From Camelus dromedarius (Eukaryota): a stretch of 64,000 nt of DNA. Positions 52,368-64,000 of the stretch are shown in pieces. The position numbers were made by a program, and so were the translations under genes. Numbering within the stretch: the stretch's first letter is position 1; the number at the start of each line of letters is the position of its first letter. Location: positions 7,380,001 through 7,444,000 of the forward strand of contig NC_087438.1 in assembly GCF_036321535.1 (NCBI RefSeq). The letters are read 5' to 3'. The notes under the pieces were generated by a model. That model was not told the DNA's origin. It ran no database searches and saw only the letters and a program-made list of their open reading frames with translations.

Positions 52368-52991
52368 GGTTTCTTTTTTCTTTGATTTACTTCTTCATAT
52401 CCCTTTTTCATTTCCTTTTTGATTAGTCTGTCTCTTTTTCCTGAGTTCTAAGAACTTTTAAAATAGGCTAAAGATATTATTCTTTGTCTAACATGTGTTC
52501 CGTACTGTTTTTTCAGTTTGCGTTTATTTTTAAAATCTTATTTGGTTTATAGAAAGTCTTGAATTTATGGCTTGGTATCTTTTGTCAATTTGGGCAAATT
52601 CTCTGCCACAGTCATTTCAAATATCATTTTGTTCTATTCTCTTTTGTTCACATTCTGTGACTCCATAGTCTCATATATTAAACCTCCCCTAGTATGCTCC
52701 ATATCTTTCTCTCTCTTCCCCCACCCCCCATCTTTCTCATCCTCTTTTCCTTTTCCTGGCATTTTTGGTTAAGTCATCTTCCAGTTCACTAATTCTCTCT
52801 TTACGTTAATCTGCTACTTAGCTCCTTTTAAAATTCCGAATTTCAGTTTTATTTATTTTATTTCTAAAAATTTTACTTGATTCTTTATAGATTCCAGTTG
52901 TCTGCTAAATTCCCCTTGTGTCACTGTTTTCCATTACATATGAATTACAGTTTCAAACTCCAATATCTGTATCTCTTGGAGATGTTTTCTT

Positions 52992-53050
52992 TTTTCTTTT
53001 TCTTTTTTTAACATTTTTTATTGATTTATAATCATTTTACAATGTTGTGA
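52992..53050 (-). mobile_element. Ultra-short (about 59 bp) L1 3' tip
   Basis: T-rich tail plus TTTATTGATTTATAATCATTTTACAATGTTGTG; perfect TSD GGAGATGTTTTCTT at 52978-52991 and 53051-53064. Confidence 0.8.
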
Positions 53051-53826
53051 GGAGATGTTTTCTTGTGTCTGTTTTTCTCTTGGTCTTGTCTTCTGATATG
53101 CCTGGAAATATTTTTTTTTTGAATAATAGACGCTGTATATGCAAAACTGAAGTAGCTCTAGATGGTGTTATCTTTCTCCAGACAGGATTTAATTTGTTTC
53201 CGGCAGCCAGAGTAGGGCTGATGATAGTAGGTTAGGTGGGTCTTTGCAAGGTCTGGTCTGCCTTGGGGTTATGTTACTTTAGGCCTAGCCCTTTAGGATT
53301 CCTGCAGAAAATGTGGCATGTTTAACAGTCTTGTCATCCTTGGCAGGCCATGAACTCCAGTACTGCCTCCTTAACCTCTGAGATGTGATCAATTCTGTGT
53401 CCGATCATAGCTGCCACTCTCTGCTTGGTTTCTCAGTCTCTCAGCCTCGTGAATCAGCAAATACCATGATGGGAAAAGGGATGAGGATGGAATGGAGGCT
53501 TATCTCAGGGCCTTCCCCTTCTTTCTGGGACACTGGGCCTGGAAATCTTGGCTGTCTTGGAAGTCTGATGCTTCCAGATAGATTAAAAAAAATTATTCAG
53601 TCTTACTTGTTCTCAGTAGAAGAGTGGGTCTGATTGAACCCAGCTTTTCACAGCGGAAAGTGAAAGTTCCTGTCATTTTCCTTTTCACTTTCTTTATACT
53701 GTTTTGCTGACAAGGTGTAGATTTTGGTTCAGTCAGATTTATCTGTTTTTTTGTTTATGGTTTCTGGCTTTGCTCTCATGCTTCAAAATGCTTTTTTAAA
53801 GCCAAGTTTATAGAAATAGTTATCTA

Positions 53827-54132
53827 TTGTCAAAGGAATGAATTCAGTGAGCCCAAATGTTTGCTCCCTCCCATACATAGAAAAGAGCTAAATTCTTTAA
53901 TTTGAGATACCTGGTTTTCTTTAGTTAACAAGTAATCTTTTATTGTTCCAACTACCTGGTCTTTGTTGTAAAGCTCCTATATATCCTAGCTCCTCCCCTG
54001 CCTCTTTGGAGCAGTCCCTCAGAGCCATCTGAGAGGCTGTCATCCCAGGCTCGAAGGGGTTCGAGTCTTCAGAATTGTCCACTGAATAAAACATAACTCT
54101 CAAAACAAACAAACAAACAAAAAAAAAAAAAA

Positions 54133-54175
<43 letters not shown>
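53827..54175 (+). mobile_element. Polyadenylated ERV LTR (U3-R) retrocopy with (CAAA)n-An-(GAAA)n tail
   Basis: Homologous to the solo LTR 27313-27783 through TATA (53978) and AATAAA (54085-54090); an A-rich tail from 54102 replaces U5. Confidence 0.78.
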
Positions 54176-54176
<1 letters not shown>

Positions 54177-54994
54177 CTGACTTATCTAAATTTTCTTCCA
54201 GTGTTTTTATGGTTGTATGTTTAATGACTCATTTTGGCATAGGACATGAGATAAAGATCCAACCTGACTTTTTTCCCATATGGCTAGGGCATTTGTCCAA
54301 CACCGTTAACTGAGTAATCCATCTTCTGTGAATATCTGAAATACACTCTTTTTTGTTAAGTACATACTGTCTCATTAATATTTTACTTTGCTTACTAGTG
54401 ATTTTTCTGTTCTTTATCCATTTAAGGTGCTGGGCTGTTGGTATACTCATGCTGATATTTAACACATTTCTGTGGATGTTTAAATAATCCTGTATATGTC
54501 ATTAATTTGGTTGCTGTTTTTAAATTTCCTTCTAATTTTGCTTATGGTTTTTTATGTAAATGGAAGTTATGTTTTCATGTACAGTAATATTTTTATTTAT
54601 TACTTTATTCATTGCTATGCTATTAAAACCCTTTCTTGTCTCAGTGAACAGTTTTAAGATGTATGTATGTATATATTTACTTTTGCTCTTTTTTTTGGTC
54701 TTTTTGATCTGTATTTTGATATATGAAGTATATATGTGTATTTTTCCTGCTTAATAATCAACTTTTCCAACAGTGTTGGTTAACTAATCCATCCATTTTC
54801 CAGATTATTCCTTAAATACACCTTGACCTTTAAAGAAAAGGGTATTATTTTGGGCCATCTGCTTAATTTTTTTCCATAAATGTATTTCTTAAAAGTTCTT
54901 AGTATTTTGTTTTCCTCTTTCCATTTAAAAAAATTGAGGTAAATTGACATATAACATTATATTAGTTTTAGGTGTACAACATAATGATTAAATA

Positions 54995-55437
54995 TTTGCC
55001 CCTCTGTATCCACGACTCCCACATCCACAGTCAACCAACCACGGATCAAAAATATTGGGAAAACAGGGAGTGGGTTTATCTCCATGGTAGAGCACGTGCT
55101 TAGCATACATGCGATCCTGGGTTCAATCCCGAGTACCTCCATTTAAAAAAAAAAAAAAGGAAAAAAAATTCCAGAAAGTTCTAAAAAGGAAAACTTGAAT
55201 TTGCTACCAGCTGGCAACTGTTTACATAGCATTTATATTACATTTATAGCCACTCACAGAGCTTCCATTGTATTAGGTATTATAAGTAATCTAGAGATGA
55301 TTTAAAGTATACAGGTTTGTGTGTGTAGGTTATATGCAAACACTATGCCATCTTATATAAGAGCCTTGAGAGTCTGTTGATTTTAGTATCCGTGGGTGTC
55401 TTGGACCCAGTTCCCTGAGGATACCAGGGGACGGCTG
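54995..55437 (-). mobile_element. MER2/MER2B-like TcMar-Tigger element
   Basis: CATTGTATTAGGTATTATAAGTAATCTAGAGATGATTTAAAGTATAC...GGATACCAGGGGACGGCTG followed by TA; TIR-like CCCTCTGTATCC at the left end. Confidence 0.85.
55066..55160 (+). mobile_element. vic-1-like SINE nested in MER2
   Basis: TGGTAGAGCACGTGCTTAGCATACATGCGATCCTGGGTTCAATCCCGAGTACCTCCA plus poly(A). Confidence 0.9.
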
Positions 55438-56101
55438 TATTTTGACATGATCACCACAATAAGTCCAGCTAACATCCATCACCGCACATGCACACAAATT
55501 TTTTTCCTTGTGATGGGAACTTGTAAGATTTTTTAGCAACTTTCACATATAAAATACAGTATTGTTAACTGGTCACCATGCTGTACATTACATCCCCGTG
55601 ACTCATTTATTCCATAACCGGACATTTCTGCCTTTTGATCCTCTTCCCCCATTTTTGTTAAAGCCATGCACGGACATGGTAGAAAAGAAGATCTTGCAGA
55701 TGGGCTTGTGTGAACAGCCGCAGCAGCTCCCCCAGGCCCTCTCCTCTCCTGTCTGCTTCCCAGGACTGACAGCCATTCCCACTCCGCTCCTTCTGGCGGC
55801 CGCTCCCTGCGGATGTGCAGCTTACTCATCATGGGCGTCTTGAATTATCCTTTTGTGACGTTGCCATAGGCCCCCTGCAATGACAGAGTTTTTGCCAATG
55901 TGCACTACTCCCCCCACACCCCCTCACCAGTCAGACACATCCACCCATCACTTTTCATATTGATGGTTCTAACTCCTTATTGTTTTGTGCGTTCTCAGCT
56001 TATGGTTAGTGATGCTACAGGCTAGGAACTCCCGGGGCACTCGCCTCGCCCCATACTACCTGTGGCTTCCTCTGCAGACACTTCCCCACCAGGGCCAGTA
56101 T

Positions 56102-56571
56102 TGTGCCTGGATCAGCCCTCGTGGTTCTTAGTATGACTGCTAGACGCACTCCGGCAACAACCATCAGGAAACTTTGAAAAGAGAAGCTTTGTTACTTATA
56201 GGACTTGTAGGATACATGGCATGCCTGGGGCCACACAGCAGAGGCCTGGGGATGGGGGAGAGAGGGAGAGACAGAGAGAGAAAGAGAATGAGAACACCTG
56301 GGGTTCTGCCTTCACTGGCAGGGGCCCAGGGTTTCTTTGGGTGAATTTATTGGTGAACTTAAAAGAGTGGGAGTTAAAGTGCAGGAGGGGAAATAGTTGG
56401 TCCAGCGGTCAGCCATCTAGGTCACCTGGAGGTTTCTAAAAAGGAAAACTCGCATGGGGCCGCCTGCCTCTTTTTGTAGTTGAACCACTGGCCGTGTGTT
56501 TATTTGAGATGGATGTCTTTGAAACAGATGCCCCAGCTGTCAGAAGCTGAGTGTCAGGCGCTTATATTACA
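56102..56571 (-). mobile_element. Old ERVL-type LTR (MER54/MER74/MER88-like)
   Basis: TG..CA-bounded segment containing TACATGGCATGCCTGGGGCCACACAG and a GA-rich patch; family assignment from memory. Confidence 0.45.
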
Positions 56572-58055
56572 GTTGAAAAAACTAATTGTCAGGCACCTAC
56601 ATTAAGCATATATTTTATTTCCACCTTGATTTCTTTTGAATCAGCTCTAGTCAGTCTTTCTATACTTCTCTGTTAGGGAGGGACATGCCGGACCCCCTTT
56701 TATTGTGTCCTCATTGTATTTCTGTTGACAAGATTAATAACATTTCCATATCTAATCTGGAATTATGCTTAGGTGTATCTTGACTTTATCTGTTGATTGG
56801 TTCTAACAATTGGAAACAAGTAACGTTTGTATGACTAACAATGTAACTCTTGTTAGTTGAAGCATCAACTCGTGTGCTCTGACCATCTTTCTAAGGAATT
56901 TTTTTAAATGGCGTATATTTACTCTAGACTTATTTTTTGTTTCTTTCTTGTAGCTATTAACCCATAGGTTTTTTTTAAGGCCAGTCTTAGCTTTTATAGC
57001 TGCTCAGTTGAAATTTGTAAGTAGCATAAGACATTTTCCCTGAACATCGTTTCAGGTATTAAAATTCTGCAGGTGAGGAAATCTCTGTACTTTCCACTCA
57101 TTTTGCTGTGAATCTAAAGCTGCTCTAAATAGTAAAGTTGGTTGAAACAACAATGAAAAAATGTTACAAATATGTGTTGGGAGCATTTGATCAGCTGATG
57201 TGGTGCTGGTTTTGGAAAGACCAAAGGCACATGTCACTCTGAGTAAAAGACGGGAAACCAGAAAGAGAGTGGTGGCAGCTGTTCATTGGTTTGTGACTTA
57301 GAGGTGTGTTACATGCCCCAGCACCACATTCCTGTGGGTAACTCGTTCTTGTAACTGTAAAGGTCTCCTTAACAGGGAACTAGGAACCTGGAGTGGTAAG
57401 CGGGCTGCAAGCTGACCGGCCTGCTCAGAACCATAAGCTTAGGCCGGGCGCTCCCTGTTGTTGACTAGCGATGCGCTGGGCTGGTGTCAGTGGCCCAGAC
57501 ACTTTGTTTCTTTTGCATTCAGACTGTTTGAAGCAGCAACGTTCACATCGCAAGGCTCTCTTTGCAGAGTGTTTGTTCTATTCATTTCCCTAATCAGCCA
57601 TGTTTTTTCTGTTTATTAAAAGCTGAGGTTAGCGGTGGCTGGAGGAATAAAAAAGCTAGGCAAATTACCAGGCATTGTGTGTATTTTACTGCACCGTGTG
57701 ATTAGATCTTATTTTTGCAAATGCACCAAACAATACCTGCGTCTACCATAAAGGTGCCTCTGACACGTTGCCCGCTTAGGCTGGGGATGGGGGCAGGGGC
57801 CATCTCTGGGCTTTTCCTTCTGAGGGTGACCAGAGACTTGCAGTAATGGACATTTCCGAGCAGGGAGAACACAGGAGTATGGGGGATGGAGGGAAGTCAG
57901 ACCAGGAGGCAGGTGATCTGATGTGGGCTTCTGCTACCCTTGTAGGTGAGAGAGGCTGGACCCCTGGGTGTCATTCTGAGAGGGACTGAGGGGGGATGGT
58001 TGGGTGGGGGAGATGCTCGGAGGATGCAGGGCGAGTGTGGTGCTGGAGTGTCGAT

Positions 58056-58690
58056 GTATCAGTTTCCTATTTGTCATAACAAATTATCACAAATTTGGTG
58101 ATTTAAACAACAGAAATTTATCCTCTCACAGATCCGAAGTCTAGAAATCCAGAATCAAAGTGATAGCAGTTTTGAGGGGGAGGGTTATGTTGGGAGTTTG
58201 GGATTAGCAAATACAAACTACTATATGTAAAATAGATAAACAAGGTCCTACTGTAGAGCCCAGGGAAATATATTCAATATCTTGTAATAGCCTATAATGA
58301 AAAAACATGATATATATATATACATATATATATAACTGAATCACTATGCTGTACACCAGAAATGAACACAATATGGTAAATCGACTAAACTTCAACTTAA
58401 AAAAGGAGACAACAGGTTCATGCTCCCTCTGAAGACCCGAGGGGAGGGTCCTTCCTTGCCTCTTGCAGCCTCTGCTGGCCCTGGGTGTTCTTGGCTGGTG
58501 GCCGCATCACTCCAGTCCCTGCCTCTGTCCTTGCCTGGCCTCCCCTTCTGTATGTTTGTGTCTCACATCTCCAGGATGACCTCATCTCAAGTTTCTTAAC
58601 CAAATTCCATCTGCAAAGACTGTATTTCCAAACAAGGACATGTTCACAGGTACCAGGGGTTAGGACTGGGGCACGTCTATTTTGGGGGAC
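58056..58690 (-). mobile_element. MaLR LTR (MLT1C-like) interrupted by an L1
   Basis: TGTATCAGTTTCCTAT...AAACAACAGAAATTTATCCTCTCACAG [L1] ATGCTCCCTCTGAAG...CCAGGATGACCTCATCTC...ATCTGCAAAGACTGTATTTCCAAA. Confidence 0.83.
58172..58404 (+). mobile_element. 5'-truncated L1 3' end nested in MLT1
   Basis: GGGAGTTTGGGATTAGCAAATACAAACTACTAT...AACTGAATCACTATGCTGTACACCAGAAA. Confidence 0.88.
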
Positions 58691-58998
58691 CCACGGCAGG
58701 CAGTTAGTAGGTGGATGAGGGAGAGAGCTGGTGGCTCAGATCCCTGAGGGGAGCAAGGCTTGTTCTCAGAAAAAGGGGTCTGGAGGGTGGGGTGTGCTGA
58801 GGTTGTGGTCGGCGGGGGTGGGTCACTGACGACCCCTCTGGAGATGAAAGGAATCCTCAGAGGTTCATCAGTGCCTGCGATGCAATGCCACCTTTCTGGG
58901 CTCATCCCTGTACCCCAACTGGATATTTTGTCCTGTCTTTTCTAGCTACCACCATCTGGATGATGGATGATTATGACCCGGGAAATCTGTCCATTGTT

Positions 58999-59120
58999 TT
59001 TTTTTGTTGGAGGGTAGAGGTAGTTAGGCTTATTCATGTTTAATGGAGGTGCTGGGGATTGAACCCAGGACCTCGTGCATGCTAAGCACGCGCTCTACCA
59101 CTGAGCTAGACCCTCCCCCA
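58999..59120 (-). mobile_element. vic-1-like SINE, long form, near-intact tRNA-Ala(AGC) body
   Basis: Reverse complement GAGGGTCTAGCTCAGTGGTAGAGCGCGTGCTTAGCATGCACGAGGTCCTGGGTTCAATCCCCAGCACCTCCA; TSD CCATTGTT at 58991-58998 and 59121-59128. Confidence 0.93.
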
Positions 59121-59837
59121 CCATTGTTCATTTTTTACCTTCTTACTGAATGGGCAGGTGTGCGGTAGGAACCCAGGCCAGAGGCGATGGAGGTGCCAGG
59201 GCAGAAGAGGGTCCCCAAATCTGTTCCCTGCCACCAGAGGAACTGCACTTACTGACTCATGGAAGGGGCTGGAGGTGATCCTGTTTTGCATGTACCTGGG
59301 GGAACAGATTGTTTTTGTCATAAAAGTCAGACAAACTGTTCCCGGCCAGAAAAAAAAAAGCAAACCAAAACAAACCAACGAAACGACTTCATATGCACCA
59401 GTACCCTTTGAAATTAGCTACCCTTTCTACTACGAACCCTTGATTCAAGTTGCATATCTCTTGCGTATATGTATGATTCTTCTCTTAACTGACTTCAGAT
59501 TTCTGGGTCCTCCTTTGTTTGCCAAGAAGACTGGGTTTTCTTGCTGTTTCTTTTTTTGGAAGATGACTTTGAAATTTTCTTAGGGCCCCCAGGTCAGAAG
59601 CCAATCACCCCTCCTTTTTCACCTCCCACACCCACCTGTCACTCCTGCCCAATCACTTCGGGTTTGTTTCCCTCTCAGCCCCTGGAGGCCCCTGCCTGAC
59701 TCAGTGGAGTTCTTTCCACCTGGGCAACTGATGGGTGGCTGCAAATGGATTTCCCACCTCTGGTCCTGCTCTTCCCCATGCCCTTCCCAGCACTATCCAT
59801 GCCTTGTTGCTTTTTAACCGTATTTTATGGCAATAGT

Positions 59838-61725
59838 TGTTTATTGAGGTATAATTTAATTTAGTACAGTATGCAAATTCTAAATGGACAGCTGGATGAC
59901 TTTTGACAAATTCATGCATTTGTGCAGTCACTGTCCCCCCACCTCCACACCCCAAGACAAAGAACATTTGCGTCACCATCCTAAGTTTCCTCTCCGCCCT
60001 TCTGCCCAGGCCCTGCCCATCAGAGGCAACTGGCGATCAGATTTCTGTCACCACCGGCCAGTTTCACCAGCGCTGGCACTTCAGTGGCATCACACAGTGT
60101 GTGCTCTGGAGCCGGGCTCCGTCCATGCAGCACATAATGGTTTTGAGGTCTATTCATGTTGTGTGTGAATCACCAAGTTGCTTTCTTTTCTTTTTTTTCT
60201 CCCCCATTTTTAACAGTTTTGTTGAGGTATAATTCATACACCATGTAATTTGTCCGTTTAAGCTCTAGAACTAAGTGTTTTTTGGCATATCCCATTATGA
60301 AAAAAATTTCATGCAGAAAATATATAACATAAAACTCCCTGCTTTAACCGTTGTAACCAGCTTACAATTCTGTGGCATGACTTACATTCACAATCTGGTG
60401 CAGCTGTCCCTGCTATCTATTTTCAAAACGTTGTCATCGCCCCAAACAGAAACCCTATAACCATTAAGCAATAACTCCTCATGCCCTCCTCCCCCTAGTT
60501 TTGGTGGCCTCTAATCTACTTTCTGTCTCTCTGAGTTTGTCTATTCTGGATATTTCACATAAAGGGACTCATACAATATGCATCCTTTTGTGTCTGGCTT
60601 CATTCACTTAGCATAAGGTCTTCAAGGTTCATCCATGCTGTAGCATGGTATCAGAATTTCATTACTCATTTTAAAGGAATAATAGTCCATTATATGGAGG
60701 TACCCCATTTTGTGTATCCTCTCACTTGTTAATGGGCACAGGTTGTTCCTAACTATTGATACTGTGAATAAAGTCGCAGTGAACATGGCTGTACAAGTAC
60801 CTGTTTGAGTCCCTGCTTTAAATTCCTTCGGGTGTATACCTCAGGGTGGAATTGCCGAGTCATTATGATAATTCTATGTTTAGCTTTCTGAGTAATGACC
60901 AAACTGTTTTCTGCGCTATTTGTATTCCTATCAGCAGTGCCCAAGGGTTCTAATTTCTCCACAGCCTTTCCAACACTTATCTTCTTTTTCTCTTTTCTTT
61001 TTTTAAATTATAGCCATCCGAATAGGCTTCTAGGATGTCGCGTGGTGTCTCATTGTGGTTTGGGCCGTTTGTATGTCTTTGGCCATTGTTTTATGTTATT
61101 GTTACTTTATTGAGATACAGTTTGCACACAGAGGAATGCATAACTTCACTACCCTAGAAGCTCCTCTCGTGTAAAATCCCCTTCACTGTTTTTTATCACC
61201 ACAGAGCAATTTTGCCTGTCCTTGGATTTCATTGAGCGGAATCAGACAGCATGTACTTTTTTGTGTCTCTCTTATTTCATTCCACGTAATGAGATCTGTT
61301 GGTATTGTTGCCTGTATCAACCGGTTGCTTTTTGGTTGCTGAGTCGTATTTCTAAGGTTGAGCATAGCAGAGTGTGCTTATCCAGTCCCCTGGTGATGAA
61401 TATTTGGGTTGTTTGCAATTTCAAGCTTCCGTCAACATTCTTGCACACAGGTGGATATGACTTTATTTCTCTTGAGAACATACCTGTGAGTGGAATTGCT
61501 GGATCATAAGGTCGGCACGTAATGCATTTTATTAGAAACTGCCAGTTTTCCGACATGGTCGTTCTGTTTTACACTCCCATCTGCTGGGAGTCCCACACCC
61601 TCGCCAGCATTGGGTATTGTCAGTCTTTTTAATTTTAGTCATCCTCGTGGGTGTATGGAGGTATCTCAGTGTGGGTTTAATTTGCCTTTCCCTGATGACT
61701 AATGGTATCAAGAACCTTCACATTT
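59838..61725 (-). mobile_element. Cluster of nested old L1 fragments (L1MB/L1ME-like)
   Basis: Several TTTATTGAGGTATAATT-type starts; CTAATCTACTTTCTGTCTC, TTCAAGGTTCATCCATGCTGTAGCATG, GTGGAATTGCTGGATCATA and TTAATTTGCCTTTCCCTGATGACTAATG motifs. Confidence 0.82.
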
Positions 61726-63014
61726 GGAAAGGTTATAATTTAAATTTTTACATTAAAAAAAATCAAGTTAGAAGATATGAGTGAACACCTGGAGAACAGA
61801 CATCTCTAAGCCCAGAATGTTCTGTTGAAGCCATCCGCCCTGACAGCTATGAGTCAGACAGACAGATGTCAGTTTCAATCACTTCTTACATTACAAAAGA
61901 GTTGCCAAATCAGTTTAAAAAGGCGAGTGGGGAGGGCACATATTTAACGAATATTTTGGAAATAGAAAGAAGAAATGGGGAGGCTCTCCCCTTCCACCCC
62001 TCCTCCCACCTGAAAGGGAGGTTTTAGAAAGAAAATCTGATCATGACGCCCCCTGCTTAAGACCTTGAGTGGTTCTCTGCTATCTTCAGCCCCAATTCAG
62101 ACTCCTTAGCCCTCCATGTCAATCCTCGTGACTTTCTGACCTGTCACCTCCTCTGTGGGCAGTGGGTGAATCTACTTGTGACTTCCTCCCTTGTCCACAA
62201 GTCGTCAGCTCCCAGCCCTGGTACGTGCTTGTCCGACACCTGGACCACCACCCCATCTTCCCTGGCACCCTGGGCTCCCTGCCTTTGGCTGAAAGGCCCA
62301 GCTGGGTGCATGCTGGCTTTTCCCCCAGCCTGGACCTGTTTCCAGTCCTCCGCCCTCCCGTCCCTAGGGCAGGGCTCCTGATCATTGTTGACTTTCGTGT
62401 CTCTTTCCTCAGACTGAATTTCCTAAGGGGTAGGACTGTCTGATTTCAAAGTTCATCTTTGTCTTCTCAACGCCCAGCCCAGGTACCTGTAGACCAGCAG
62501 TACCAGCTTGTTGGGTGGCGACCAAATGCTCATGGTTGATGGAGAAGGAGTTCTGAAAACAGTGTGACCCCCTCCCCCTGAGAGCCTGCTTTCCATTGCG
62601 TTTGTTCTGTTACACATTGTAGGATGAACACAAACCCCCAAATCTTGTGATCTCACCTCCTCTCTGTGGCCCTCTCCATCCCAACCCAGGACAAGAGGCC
62701 TGCCCTGGTGGGACCAGGAATGACTCACGGGGAAGGATCAGGGAGCAGGTGGCAGACAAGACCAGTCAGGCGGCATTTGACGGGATGTTCTTGGCACGTG
62801 GGCTAGGACTGGGTGAGAATTTGATACAATCAGAATGAAAAGGAACCAGAAAAGCAAGCTGAGCTCTGTTTCTGGCATCCCCGAAGAGGTGACTGAGAAG
62901 TCTGTACCCGAGGCTCCCAGGTGTAGTGACGGCCACCACCACTATCCATCTGAGAGCCCCAGCCTGCATCCTGGTGGTCCTCACATGTTATGTTCTGTAG
63001 GCCTGCTGTGGGCT

Positions 63015-63128
63015 TGTGACAATGCAGGCTCTGATCCACTAGGTCTGGGCTGGAGCCCAACGTTCTGCATCCGTCCCAGGCTCCCAGGTACCTGCTGCTG
63101 GTCCAGGGACTCCCACTTTGAGTGGCCT
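63015..63128 (-). mobile_element. MER5A-like fragment
   Basis: TCTGATCCACTAGGTCTGGGCTGGAGCCCAACGTTCTGCAT...GCTGCTGGTCCAGGGACTCCCACTTTGAG. Confidence 0.7.
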
Positions 63129-63846
63129 GGGCTGACCCTGCTTTCTTTGTAACCGAAACCAGTATTTGTACATTACAGACCTAATATCTGAAAAATTGCC
63201 TTGAAAAAAGGAGAGTTTTGTTTATTACGAGTAGAACATACTGTTGTCTGAAAGCCCACAGCAGAATGGCAGGGTGGGAGCTTTGGAGTGAGAAGCACTT
63301 GGCAGAGTAGGTTAAATAACAGGGATTTCAATTCTTTGAGGCCGATGTCATAGACAACTTGGATTCTTTTCTTGAAACTTTATGGAGCGTTTTTGCAAGA
63401 AGTTCGTAAAGCTGATCACAACCTACAGATCCTAAGAGGTCTGACTCGTTTTCATTTACTGATTGCTTGCTTGATAGTAGATTTATTTAAACTCTCTCCA
63501 GTTCTTTCCAGAAAAGGGCAAGCAGCAGCTTTCTCTTGCTTCGTGCTGTTTCCTCCCAGCCTACGAACTTGCCAGCGACTGCTTTTGCAGTTGAAGGAGC
63601 AGGAGACCGGGGAGCTTATCAGAACTTTCCTTTTCTTAAAATTTTTACATTTTCTGATTATTACACAGAAGTAAGTTCAGGGTTGGAAAAAAAATGGGAC
63701 TTTTTATTACAGAAAAGTATAAAGAAAAAGAAGTCACCTATACTGTCATTATCCAGAATCAGTCACTACTGAAACCTTGGTGCATTTCTTTCTAGTTTTT
63801 TTTCATGCATTGTTGGTACATAATTTTACAGACTAGTTTATTAAAG

Positions 63847-63848
63847 TG

Positions 63849-63888
<40 letters not shown>

Positions 63889-63965
63889 TACACACACTAT
63901 ATATATATATATATACACATATATATATATATAATATAAAATATATACTTAATTTTATATTATAA
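63847..63965. repeat. Compound (TA)n(CA)n(TA)n microsatellite
   Basis: Directly visible. Confidence 0.92.
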
Positions 63966-64000
63966 TTTAAGCCTTCCTCGTGACCGAAATTCTTTATGTT

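Larger units (their letters stand above)
54925..55655 (-). mobile_element. L1MA-like 3' end, interrupted by MER2
   Basis: TTGAGGTAAATTGACATATAACATT...GGTGTACAACATAATGATT [insert] ...GATCACCACAATAAGT...GTCACCATGCTGTACATTACATCCCC. Confidence 0.78.
31483..64000 (+). other. ANKRD33B: ANKRD33B intron 1 (continues beyond the window)
   Basis: Starts GTAAGC. The peptide expected next (TGLIVACYHG..., recalled) is absent from the ORF track, and the region is repeat-rich. Confidence 0.8.

Overview
Mammalian genomic DNA, very likely a camelid (camel, llama or alpaca), inferred from nine copies of a tRNA-Ala(AGC)-derived SINE that fits the Camelidae vic-1 family. The only supportable protein-coding sequence is exon 1 of ANKRD33B (+ strand, CDS 31129-31482, GT donor at 31483), which sits in a CpG-island promoter. 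The window is about 31 kb of upstream intergenic DNA plus the first 32.5 kb of intron 1; exon 2 was not found. The rest is interspersed repeats (L1, MaLR/ERVL/ERV1 LTRs, MER2/MER5/MER20, MIR, L2) and simple repeats. I found no convincing new biological system. The most notable signals are (i) a polyadenylated ERV-LTR retrocopy lacking U5, in the same window as an intact solo LTR of a related family, (ii) an exact 46-bp non-tandem local copy, (iii) four short L1 3' ends that break at nearly the same point, including a twin-priming inversion, (iv) a cluster of NF-kB motifs around the ANKRD33B promoter, and (v) an orphan promoter-like element near 10 kb. Repeat subfamily names come from recalled consensus sequences, not from a search.
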